This document shows positions 18,515-27,486 of a stretch of 64,000 nucleotides of DNA, piece after piece. The stretch is from an uncultured Candidatus Binatia bacterium. GTDB taxonomy: Bacteria; Desulfobacterota; Binatia; Bin18. The number at the start of each line of letters is the position of its first letter. Position 1 is the first letter of the stretch. The stretch covers positions 1,152,001 to 1,216,000 of the forward strand of contig OZ241744.1 of assembly GCA_965200965.1 (NCBI GenBank). Reading direction: 5' to 3'. Both the position numbers and the translations under genes were made by a program. The notes under the pieces are model-generated. The model was not told where the DNA came from, did no database searches, and saw nothing but the letters and a program-made list of their open reading frames with translations.

Positions 18515-19627
18515 TCAGGCCAAGCCGTAGACACCGGCCGCGGTGTCGCGGACGATCTTGCGCAGATCGGCTGCCGGCAGACCGCCCAGCCGCTTGGTCA
18601 CAATCTCGTGCGAACGGGGAAAGGTGGCCGCGGTGTGGGGATAGTCTGACGACCACATGGTGTTGTCCGGCCCATAGCGGTGCAGTGAATCAACGAACAC
18701 CGGATCGGCGATAAAGGTGGCGTAGACCTGACGCTTGATATAATCGCTGGCCCGCATGGGCAGCTTCATATTGCCCAGCGAACCCAGGCGATGCTGGACC
18801 GTATCGAGCCGGTACATGAAATACGGCATCCAGCCGACATCATTCTCAGCCGAGACAATTTTCAGCTTGGGGAACTTCTCCAGCACCCCGCCGTACACCA
18901 GCACCGAAATCGAGCGCTCAATCTGGTGGTGCAGGGTTGCCAGCGACAGCAGAAAGGCGTTGCCACCGGCCGGGTTCGCCCCGGTCCCGCTCCGGGCGGT
19001 CAGAATATGCAGCGACAGCGGCATGGCGAGGTCCTGAGCGGCGGCCCAGAACGGCTCATAATCGGGGTGGCTGTAGGGACGGGCATCGGGCGGCTCGGCC
19101 CAGATCATCGCCCCCCGCATGCCCAGCTTGGCGATGCGCTGGAGTTCGGCCACCGCCGAAGGAATATCCTCAAGGGTGATCAGCCCCAGCGGAATCAGCC
19201 GCTTCAGGTCATAGCTGCAATACTCGGTGGCCCAGTCGTTAAACGCCTTGAAGCACGAGAAGCGCAGCTCGGCATCGTCCAGCCCGAACAGCGGCATGCC
19301 CATTGAGGTGTAGATCACCTCGGCGTCCACGCCGTCGCGGTCCTGGTCAGCAATCCGGTAGGCTGGGTCCCAGACGCTCTTGGGGGCTTGGTCAAAGCTC
19401 TTCTTGTTATGCTCCTTGAGTTCGCCCGAGGGCACACCGGCACCAAAAAAGCCGGCCACCGACATGGGGGTGATGTTCTCACACACAAACCACTCGCCCT
19501 GACGGCCGCCCAGCCCCACGACCGTCTTGGGAGCGCGGTCACGAAACTTCTGGTCTATGCGCTCGGCCCACATGGTGGGCGGCTCAACAAAATGCGAATC
19601 TGCCGAGATCAGCTTGTAGTCTGCCAT
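18515..19627 (-). CDS. Amidohydrolase family 2 protein
   Basis: True start MADYKLISADSHFVEPP; SLHI, AENDVGW, WSSDYPH. Confidence 0.9.
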   Translation of the reverse strand: MADYKLISADSHFVEPPTMWAERIDQKFRDRAPKTVVGLGGRQGEWFVCENITPMSVAGFFGAGVPSGELKEHNKKSFDQAPKSVWDPAYRIADQDRDGVDAEVIYTSMGMPLFGLDDAELRFSCFKAFNDWATEYCSYDLKRLIPLGLITLEDIPSAVAELQRIAKLGMRGAMIWAEPPDARPYSHPDYEPFWAAAQDLAMPLSLHILTARSGTGANPAGGNAFLLSLATLHHQIERSISVLVYGGVLEKFPKLKIVSAENDVGWMPYFMYRLDTVQHRLGSLGNMKLPMRASDYIKRQVYATFIADPVFVDSLHRYGPDNTMWSSDYPHTAATFPRSHEIVTKRLGGLPAADLRKIVRDTAAGVYGLA

Positions 19628-19753
19628 ATTGCATTCCTCCTCATGTGTTCTGCTCCCTCTTGTACGCCACCTCAGCAAGGTTTTCCAGGGCGGTCGCGTC
19701 TTCCCCGGCACACTTGGCGTGTGGTATAGTACCCCAGAGAAACACAGGAGGAT

Positions 19754-21223
19754 ATGGTCATGCGTGTTGCAGTCGGCGGCTACCTGCTTGCGGTCAATAC
19801 CTTTGTTGAGCAGCGAATAGGTCTGGAGTTGTTTCAAAGGTCGGTTGTGAGCGGGGATGCCTTGCTCAGCGCGGGGAGCGGGGACAGCGCCATCTATGGC
19901 TTTCTGGAAGGTGCCCGGGCGCGGCAGTGGGAGGCCGTGCCGCTCCAGTTCATGTTTCCGGGCATTGGCGGCAAAGCCACCCGGGACGCCCACGAATGGG
20001 CCAAAGAGGCTTTTGTGCGCCAGCTGCGCCGGACCGGGCCGGTTGACGGCGTCTTTATCCAGCTCCACGGCACCGGCGCGGCCGAGCATGTGGACGACTG
20101 TGAGGGCGACCTGCTGGCCGCCATACGCGAGACGGTCGGCGATAAGGTCGTGGTCATGGCTTCCTTGGACGGCCACGCCAATGTCACCCCGCTGATGGTT
20201 GATCAGACCGACATGTTGCTCGGTGTCAAAACCAACCCGCACTACGACTTTGTGCCGATTGGCCGCAAGGCGGCCCAGGTGATGGCCGGGATGTTGGACG
20301 GCAGTCTGTCGCCGACCGCGGTCCGCGCCCAGCCGGCCATGGCCCCGGCCCTGCAAAAACTCTATATTGCGCCCGGCTGGCCGATGGAACACCTGATGCG
20401 TCAGGCCCAGAATCTGGCCGCCAGCCACCCGCGCGTACTTGACGTGTCGCTGCTGGAAGGCTTTTTCTGCTCAGAGATTGTGCATACCGGCATGAGCGTG
20501 GTGGTCACCACCGACGAGGAACCAAACTTGGCCCGGGATATTGCCGAGCAGGTCAAAGAGGCGTGTTGGGCCAAGCGGCAGTCCTTTCATACCGACATGG
20601 TGTCGGTAGAAGAGGCCGTCCGCGAGGCAATAGCGACCGAGGTCGGTCCGGTCATTCTGGGCGACTTGGCCGATAGCGGTGGGGCTGGCACGCCGGGGGA
20701 CGGCACAGCCATTCTGGCGGAGTTCATCAAACAGGGTGTGAGGGACGCGGTCATCGGCAATATCGCCGACGCCGAGGCCGTCCAAACCGCCATACAGGCC
20801 GGTATTGGCAAGACCGTCAGCCTCAGCGTCGGCGGCAAGGCGGATCGGTTTCACGGCGACCCGGTCGAGATCAGCGGCCGGGTGCGCTCCATCCATGAGG
20901 GCGTCTTTACTACCGGGACGGCCTTCATCTCCATGACCTTTCGCCGTGGCCCGACGGTGGTGCTTGACTGCGGCGGGATTGAGGTCATTCTGACCTCGCG
21001 GCCGGTGCTGGTGTTTGAACCCAATCACTTTCGCAGCCTGGGGATTGAGCCGACCGAGCGCAAAATCCTGGCCTGCAAAGCCGAGATGCAGCACCGGGCC
21101 GGCTTTGCCAACATCGCCGCCAAAATTATCGACGTGGATACGCCCGGTCTGGCCACCCAAATCCTGTCACGCCTGCCGTATGCAAAAATTCGGCGGCCGG
21201 TGTTCCCCCTGGACGATATCTAG
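19754..21223 (+). CDS. M81 family metallopeptidase (MlrC-like)
   Basis: VDGVFIQLHGTG, D.EGDLL..IRE.VG, SLDGHAN, NPHYD, GAGTPGDGT, IRRPVFPLD. Confidence 0.85.
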   Translation: MVMRVAVGGYLLAVNTFVEQRIGLELFQRSVVSGDALLSAGSGDSAIYGFLEGARARQWEAVPLQFMFPGIGGKATRDAHEWAKEAFVRQLRRTGPVDGVFIQLHGTGAAEHVDDCEGDLLAAIRETVGDKVVVMASLDGHANVTPLMVDQTDMLLGVKTNPHYDFVPIGRKAAQVMAGMLDGSLSPTAVRAQPAMAPALQKLYIAPGWPMEHLMRQAQNLAASHPRVLDVSLLEGFFCSEIVHTGMSVVVTTDEEPNLARDIAEQVKEACWAKRQSFHTDMVSVEEAVREAIATEVGPVILGDLADSGGAGTPGDGTAILAEFIKQGVRDAVIGNIADAEAVQTAIQAGIGKTVSLSVGGKADRFHGDPVEISGRVRSIHEGVFTTGTAFISMTFRRGPTVVLDCGGIEVILTSRPVLVFEPNHFRSLGIEPTERKILACKAEMQHRAGFANIAAKIIDVDTPGLATQILSRLPYAKIRRPVFPLDDI

Positions 21224-21229
21224 GCGGGG

Positions 21230-21781
21230 CTAAAAGCCTTTGACCCCCTTATCGAGCTGGACGCCAAAGGTGTTGAGGGCCATTGACACCAGATTGTACT
21301 GACCAACGGTGAACACCACATCCATCAACTGCTGGGTGGTATAGCGCTCGCTCAGGGCCGCCCAGGTGGCGTCGCTGATCAAGGCCTCGGCGTGCAGTTC
21401 GTCCGCGGCACGCAGCAGGCTGGCGTCAAACGGGTCCCAGGCCGGGTCGTCGGGGCCGTGTTTGATCCGGGTGATCTCCTCATCGCTGAGGCCGGCTTGG
21501 CGACCAAACAGCACATGCTGGCCCCACTCATACTCGGCCTGACACAGCCAGCCGATCCGCAGAATCAGCAATTCCCGTTCGCGGGGAGCGAGGGTCTGGG
21601 TATCGCCCATGACGTGAAAAGCCCACACATTGAACTTCCTGGCCGCCTCCCAGTGCCGGGCCAGGGTCCCGATCACGTTGTAGACAACCCCCTCTCTATA
21701 GCGGGGCTCCAAGGTCTCTCGCTGTTCGTCGGTCCACTCCGCTTCGGTTAGGGGCTCAATCCGGGGTTGTGACAGTTTCAT
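21230..21781 (-). CDS. Carboxymuconolactone decarboxylase/AhpD family protein
   Basis: L.PRERELLILR.G......YEWGQH, LLRAADEL, VFTVGQY. Confidence 0.85.
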   Translation of the reverse strand: MKLSQPRIEPLTEAEWTDEQRETLEPRYREGVVYNVIGTLARHWEAARKFNVWAFHVMGDTQTLAPRERELLILRIGWLCQAEYEWGQHVLFGRQAGLSDEEITRIKHGPDDPAWDPFDASLLRAADELHAEALISDATWAALSERYTTQQLMDVVFTVGQYNLVSMALNTFGVQLDKGVKGF

Positions 21782-21990
21782 ACGCCGCTCTCCTGTTCTC
21801 TGTCTCGGCCAAGCGGGCCGGGACGGTCTGTGTCAATCCCGACCTCCTTAGCATGACACCGCTCAGGAGAGAAACCCGGCGGTGTCAGAGCCGAGCGGCG
21901 TACTCCCGCCTCAGCCCTCTTTGGCTTGACAAGCCCCAGAGGCATCTACTGGAACGGGTCGGGCAAACGCCACCACAGGTAGGGACTGTT

Positions 21991-22377
21991 ATGGGCTTAC
22001 CGAACGGAGTGCATCATCTGGCCATTTGTACCAGGGACATGAAAGCTCAGATCGAGTTTTTCACCCAAGTGCTCGGCATGGAGATGTTGGAAGTCTCAAC
22101 CTCAGAGGGGCGGGCGATTGACCAGGAAGCCTGGATTGATCCTGAAGTCGTCAGGCTGAACGGCATCAACCCACAAGAACTGGAACGCTACAAACGTCCC
22201 CCGGCGTTTGAGTCGCGCCGCGGCACGGCCCAAAATCCAGCGGCTGATCCCGACAACCCGCCCATGCGTTTCCCGCCGGGCCGGGAAGTCATCTACCGCA
22301 TGTCCGATGAGGATGTCACCGCAAAGCTCAGCGAGACGACCCCGCCGGTTCAGCCTACGGCGGATTCACACAGGTAA
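21991..22377 (+). pseudogene. VOC/glyoxalase family gene with an in-frame internal deletion
   Basis: MGLPNGVHHLAICTRDMKAQIEFFTQVLGME runs directly into MLEVSTS (last VOC strand); the middle of the fold is absent. Confidence 0.6.
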
Positions 22378-22440
22378 GGCTGCGTAGCGCCGTCTCCGAA
22401 TCACTGCGGTTTCCCCTCAGCTTCCCGGCTATCTTTGGGC

Positions 22441-22848
22441 ATGAAACTCATCACATTCACCCAGGCCGGCTCGACCCGCATCGGTGTCCTTGACCAGACT
22501 GGTGTCGGTTGATACCCACTGTCCGCTCGGCCCGTGTATTGTCACCGCGGACGAAATCGGGACCCCCACAGCCTGGAACTCCAGACCTGGGTCAACGGCG
22601 AGGCGCGCCAACACTCAAACACGCGTGAACTGCTGTTCGATTGCTTTGATCTAGTCAAGCATCTTTCCACCCCATTTACGCTTGAGCCGGGCGATATTAT
22701 TTCGACCGGAACGCCGGGTGGCGTGGGTGCGGCCATGAAGCCACCCCGGTTTTTACAAGCCGGGGATATGGTCACGATCTCGATTGCCAACATTGGCCGG
22801 CTTGAGAATCAGGTCATTGCCGAGCCGGAAGGCACGCCGAGAATATAG
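22441..22848 (+). pseudogene. Fumarylacetoacetate hydrolase family pseudogene
   Basis: MKLITFTQAGSTRIGVLDQTGVG-stop, then DTHCPLGPCIVTADEI, a frameshift, then DPHSLELQTWVNGE...TLEPGDIISTGTPGGVG. The central part is deleted. Confidence 0.8.
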
Positions 22849-22986
22849 GACAACACTCGCGCGTTTCACGCTGGGCGAGAGCCGCTCAGCTTCCGGTCTT
22901 GCTTCACGGTTTTGCATAGTGCGCAGGTCGGATTAGCGGAACGTAATCCGACAGGCCGATGTGTTGGCTCTCATGTGCGGCTCCCC

Positions 22987-23445
22987 CTACGGCTGGCCGG
23001 TTTCAACCAGTTCCAGGATCGTCCCGTCCGGGTCCTTGAAACACACGAAGCGTGCCGGTGGAGCGTCTGGTGGACTGAGCAAAACAGGTTCAGACACAAA
23101 CTCCACCCCGCGCGATTTGAGCGCTGTGACATCGGCGTCCATATCAGACGTAAGCAGCGCGATCCGAGCAATCCCAAGGTGGTACAAATGCGGATACGGC
23201 GCGGCGCTGTCACGCGGCTCTTTCCACTCCAACAGGTCGATCAGCGGGGTGGCCGGCGAGCCTTCCAACTGGAGCAGCGCGCCCCGGACATGATAGGGTG
23301 GCATACCCACCGCGGCCGCCACTTCGGGGGTGTTGCGCTCGGGCACCTCCCACATCACCTTGAAGCCCAGAAACTCGTAAAACTCTCGCGAGCGTTCATA
23401 ATCGCTACAGTTCACATTGACGTGCATCATCCCGGTGAGGTGCAT
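22987..23445 (-). CDS. VOC/glyoxalase family protein
   Basis: HVNVNCSDYERSREFYEFLGF, IDLLEW, FKDPDGTILELVE. Confidence 0.88.
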   Translation of the reverse strand: MHLTGMMHVNVNCSDYERSREFYEFLGFKVMWEVPERNTPEVAAAVGMPPYHVRGALLQLEGSPATPLIDLLEWKEPRDSAAPYPHLYHLGIARIALLTSDMDADVTALKSRGVEFVSEPVLLSPPDAPPARFVCFKDPDGTILELVETGQP

Positions 23446-23622
23446 CCCTTTCCTCCTCAAGACGGCTCTGGGCGCGTGTCGCTACGGTGTCGGTGTGGCT
23501 GGGCGCGAAGGCGGCCCTCCTCCGCGCTTGTGGTTTTGTGGTGAAGCGCATATATGACACGAGCATGCTCCTGGCCGCGGGGAAGAACATAGCATCCACC
23601 ACCGACAAGGCAAGGAAAATCT

Positions 23623-24561
23623 GTGGAAAACTCGCCGCCTGTGTACACCCCTTGCCTGCCGCTTCCCAGCCACGGCTATATCCGCACCTTTGAGGCTGAG
23701 ATTGACTATCTCAAAGACACGACCCTGCGTATCCGGGGCGTCCAGACCGATTATCAGCACACGCTTGAGTATGACTGGCTAGTCCGCTTTCCCGACTACA
23801 CGATCTTACGCGTAGCGGCACGCCAGCCGGCCGGCGAGGTCGCATCGCCCCAACTGCTGAGCCGCTGCACGGCTCTTCAGGGCGCGCAGACCGGCCAGGG
23901 CTTCACCAGAGCCGCGCGCGCAGCCCTCGGCGAGTTGCCGGGCCATCGGCACCACCTGGCACTGGCGATTGATATGGCCCGGGTCAGCCTCCAGGCTTTT
24001 CCCGTTCCCAAGGGCGACCACGAGCGCTTTGCCGCCGCAGCCACCGGGCTGGCCCCGGGCCCAAGCCGGGTCGCCCGCATGGCCTGGGAACGGGACCGGG
24101 TTGAATGGTCCGGGATCTGTAATTCGTGCTATGCCTACCGTGACGAGTCCGTGGCCCTGTTCGCCCAACGCCCGGTCAGCTGCTTCAACCTTGACCTGGC
24201 TTCCCCCGAACCCGGCCAACACCGGTTTTTCTGGCGCACAAAGCGTCTGCGCATCGCCGAGCGCGAGGACGGCTCAGGCTTTTCGTGCCGCAACGACATG
24301 AACGACACCTTCCACCAGCTCGGGGTGTCGTTTGACATTGAGGCTGACGGTACGATTGGCGCTGCCACAAGCCACTGGCAACGGCTCCCCTATGAGGGTA
24401 TCTGCGAGGATGTCCAGACCCGGGCACCGGGCCTGATCGGCAAGAAACTTGACAAAGGCTACGCCCGGCTGCTGGCCGCGCATGTTGGCGGGCGGTCCGG
24501 CTGTAGCCATCTGTTTGATCTATCAGTTGATTGTGTGCGCTTTTTTGAATGGCCGGACTGA
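23623..24561 (+). CDS. DUF2889-like domain protein (apparently two tandem domains)
   Basis: ICNSCYAY, D.FH.L, PY..IC, GGRSGCSHLFDL. Confidence 0.65.
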   Translation: MENSPPVYTPCLPLPSHGYIRTFEAEIDYLKDTTLRIRGVQTDYQHTLEYDWLVRFPDYTILRVAARQPAGEVASPQLLSRCTALQGAQTGQGFTRAARAALGELPGHRHHLALAIDMARVSLQAFPVPKGDHERFAAAATGLAPGPSRVARMAWERDRVEWSGICNSCYAYRDESVALFAQRPVSCFNLDLASPEPGQHRFFWRTKRLRIAEREDGSGFSCRNDMNDTFHQLGVSFDIEADGTIGAATSHWQRLPYEGICEDVQTRAPGLIGKKLDKGYARLLAAHVGGRSGCSHLFDLSVDCVRFFEWPD

Positions 24562-24721
24562 CAGGTGTCTCAGGCCGCCTGATTCTGCCACTCAAGGGCG
24601 GCTTTCACCGCGACATCGGCCATACGGACGGGCCCCGGGCCACAATGCTCATTCCCGCTCCGCCTCCTCTTCCACAAGGTCCCCCACCCTGCTAGAGTGT
24701 CGCGCGACAAGGAGGGAGCTT

Positions 24722-26197
24722 ATGCCAACCCAGCGATTCGCCCCAATGACCAAAGATTTTCCGACTTTTGACTGTGACGCCCATGTCACCGAGCCACCCT
24801 GGATCTGGGAGCGGGCCAAAGAGTGGCTGAGCAAGGACGAACTCGAAGCCCTCAAGACCACCATGTGGTTTGACGCTGAGTCCAAGCAGCTCATCGTCAA
24901 CGGGACTGCCGGGGCCGGGCTGGGCTCTCAGAAGATCGGCGGGACGCCCGGCATCGTCAACGTGCTCTCTCTGGCCGGCCCCGGGCTCAAGCACGACATC
25001 CAGCGCGCCTTCAATGTCCGCAACCTCAATCCCACCACCGCCCTAAGCGCCGAGCAGGCCGACTACCTCGACCACAAAGGCTCCTACAAACCCGCCGAGC
25101 GGCTGCACGACATGGACCTCCAGGGCATTGACCAAGTCATGATTATCCCCACAGATATTGACACCTACCCCTGGCTGCCCAACGCCCTGGGGGCCAAAGC
25201 CATGTGCAAAGCCTACAACGAATGGGCCTATGACTATTGCCAGGCCAACCCCCAACGCCTCTTCTTTGCCGCCCTGCTGCCTATGCAAGACCCCAAGTTT
25301 GCCGCGGAGGAGGTCTACCGGGTAGCGGCCAAGGGCTGTCGGGTGGGTTTGGTGCGGCCGGTGGACGCGCTGGGCAACTATCCCTTGCAACCCAAGTACG
25401 AGCCGGTGTGGCGAGCGATGGAAGAGACCGGGCTGGTCTACGGAATGCACCCCTTCCCGGCCTTTGGCGCACTCAAGCCGCCAGGCTATACCGAGCAGTA
25501 TTCCGGTGCCGAACTGATCGCCAAGACGATCCTCTCCTCGGGGCTGCCCCATTTCTTTTTGACCAACGTCCAGAACTTCCAGGCCGAAGCCGCCCTGTGG
25601 GTGACGCTGGTGCTGCTGTCGGGCTTCTTTGACCGCCATCCCAAGCTGCGCGCCGCGGTCTTTGAAGCCTCCTCTACCTGGCTCAGCTTCCTGCTTGACG
25701 AGTGCGACAAGTTCTACGCCCTGTACCGCAACGAGCGGGCCTTGCCGCCGCTTACCCGGCTGCCCAGCCAGACCTTTTTTGAGCACTGTGTGACCGGCTT
25801 TGAGGGTGACGAGGCCCCGCCGTCGCGGCTGCCCGAGTTCTACCGGGACATCCTGGCCTGGTCCTCGGATGTGTATCACCACGACGGGGATGATGCCTGG
25901 CGGGCGCTGGAGACCATGCAGGCGTGCGGCCTGCCAGTGGCATATCAGACGCAGTTTCTGGGGGCCAACGCCCGCAAGCTGTACAACATTGAGGCCCCGC
26001 GCGAGTTCATCCGGGAGCGCATGACCGAGTTGGAGCGGCCCGACTGGTGGCCAACCGAGGCGGAGGTCAAGCAAGCCCTCCGACCCGAAGCCGCCCTGCT
26101 CCGGCCCTACGGAGAGCGTGGCCGGCCGGCCACGCGCACAAGCGGCAACGGTCGGGCCACGACCCGGACCGACCTGAACCAAGGAGCCCGGGCATGA
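24722..26197 (+). CDS. Amidohydrolase family 2 protein (metal ligands intact)
   Basis: GGAG SD; FDCDAHVTEP, GMHP, VFEASSTW, WSSDVYHHD. Confidence 0.88.
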   Translation: MPTQRFAPMTKDFPTFDCDAHVTEPPWIWERAKEWLSKDELEALKTTMWFDAESKQLIVNGTAGAGLGSQKIGGTPGIVNVLSLAGPGLKHDIQRAFNVRNLNPTTALSAEQADYLDHKGSYKPAERLHDMDLQGIDQVMIIPTDIDTYPWLPNALGAKAMCKAYNEWAYDYCQANPQRLFFAALLPMQDPKFAAEEVYRVAAKGCRVGLVRPVDALGNYPLQPKYEPVWRAMEETGLVYGMHPFPAFGALKPPGYTEQYSGAELIAKTILSSGLPHFFLTNVQNFQAEAALWVTLVLLSGFFDRHPKLRAAVFEASSTWLSFLLDECDKFYALYRNERALPPLTRLPSQTFFEHCVTGFEGDEAPPSRLPEFYRDILAWSSDVYHHDGDDAWRALETMQACGLPVAYQTQFLGANARKLYNIEAPREFIRERMTELERPDWWPTEAEVKQALRPEAALLRPYGERGRPATRTSGNGRATTRTDLNQGARA

Positions 26198-27486
26198 GCG
26201 GCCCCAAACCCTTCCCCGTCTTTGACGCCAACTCACACATCGTTGAGCCGCCGGCGGTGTGGGACACCTACCTGGAAGCGGCATACCGGCCCCTGGGAAA
26301 ATCTGCTCTCTGGCGCGAGGAAGGCCGCTACGGCTCCTACCTCAAGATCAACGGCAAGACATACCGTGACCCCATGAACCCCAACATCCCCCGTCACGCC
26401 ATCTGGCGGCCGGGCCTGAGTTGGGAACAGATCGGCCAGCTCGACCCGAACACGCGCCACGCCCCGACCGAGGGCGCGTCCGAGCCCGAGGCCCGCCTGC
26501 GCGACATGGACGCGATGGGCGTGGATCAAGCCCTCCTCTACCCCACTTGGTTTGCCGAGGGTTTTCCCCTGGTTGAAGACCCGGATGTGGCCTATGCCCT
26601 GGCCCGGGCCTACAACACCTGGATCGCCGACTTCTGTCAGGCCGCGCCCGAGCGGCTGTACGCCGCGGCCATGATTCCGCTGCAAAACCTGGATTTTGCC
26701 TGTGCGGAGTTGCGCCGCATTGCCGGCCTGGCCTGCTTCCGGGCGGTCTTTCTGCGGCCCATGTTCATCGAAGAGCGCTATTACACCCATCCCTACTATG
26801 ACCCGTTCTGGGCCGAGGTGGAGCAGCTCGGGCTGACCCTGGCCGTCCATCCCACGGCCGGCCTGTGGAATCCAGAGTGGACCTCGCACGGCCCGTTTAC
26901 CGAGAAGATCAACGGCCGTCTCAATCAGGTGTCGTTTGTCCGGGAATCCGGTGGTGGCCCGTTTGCCGGCGGCGGCAACGGGGCCAATTTTTCCTTTGTG
27001 GCCCAGCAACCGATTGGCCACCCGATCGCGCCCATCCTGTCGCCCTGGCTCGATAACCACATGTTCGTGGCCGCCACCCTGATCGGCTTCACCGTCATGC
27101 AGCGCTACCCGGCCCTGAAAATTGTGATGGCCGGCGGCAAGGCCTCGTGGATGGAGGAAGTCCTGGAGAAAATGGAAGCCTCGACCCGGACCATTCCCCT
27201 GCTCCACTACTACCCGGTGCGGACCGATGTCGAAGACATGTGGGAAGAAGGCCGGGTGTTGCTCGGCTTTGACGCCGAGGAGCGCCTGATCCAAAAGCTG
27301 CCCCACACCTTTGCCCACAAAATTGTCTGGGGATCCCGCTATCCCCAGCAGGACACGACCAGCGCCTGGGAGGCGATTGAGACCCTGAGCCAAGCCGCTG
27401 TTGATGAGGCGAGCATGGCGCGTATGCTGGGCGGCAACGCCGCGGCCCAGTTCGGCGTGCAACTCCAACCGTATGAGCCACGGTAG
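26194..27486 (+). CDS. Amidohydrolase family 2 protein with degenerate metal ligands
   Basis: ATGA-coupled to the previous gene; FDANSHIVEPP, AVHP, MAGGKASW, WGSRYPQQD. Confidence 0.85.
   Translation: MSGPKPFPVFDANSHIVEPPAVWDTYLEAAYRPLGKSALWREEGRYGSYLKINGKTYRDPMNPNIPRHAIWRPGLSWEQIGQLDPNTRHAPTEGASEPEARLRDMDAMGVDQALLYPTWFAEGFPLVEDPDVAYALARAYNTWIADFCQAAPERLYAAAMIPLQNLDFACAELRRIAGLACFRAVFLRPMFIEERYYTHPYYDPFWAEVEQLGLTLAVHPTAGLWNPEWTSHGPFTEKINGRLNQVSFVRESGGGPFAGGGNGANFSFVAQQPIGHPIAPILSPWLDNHMFVAATLIGFTVMQRYPALKIVMAGGKASWMEEVLEKMEASTRTIPLLHYYPVRTDVEDMWEEGRVLLGFDAEERLIQKLPHTFAHKIVWGSRYPQQDTTSAWEAIETLSQAAVDEASMARMLGGNAAAQFGVQLQPYEPR

Noticed and set aside
19754-21223. Microcystin degradation (mlr) cluster
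   Set aside because: M81 peptidases are widespread, and no mlrA, mlrB or mlrD is present.
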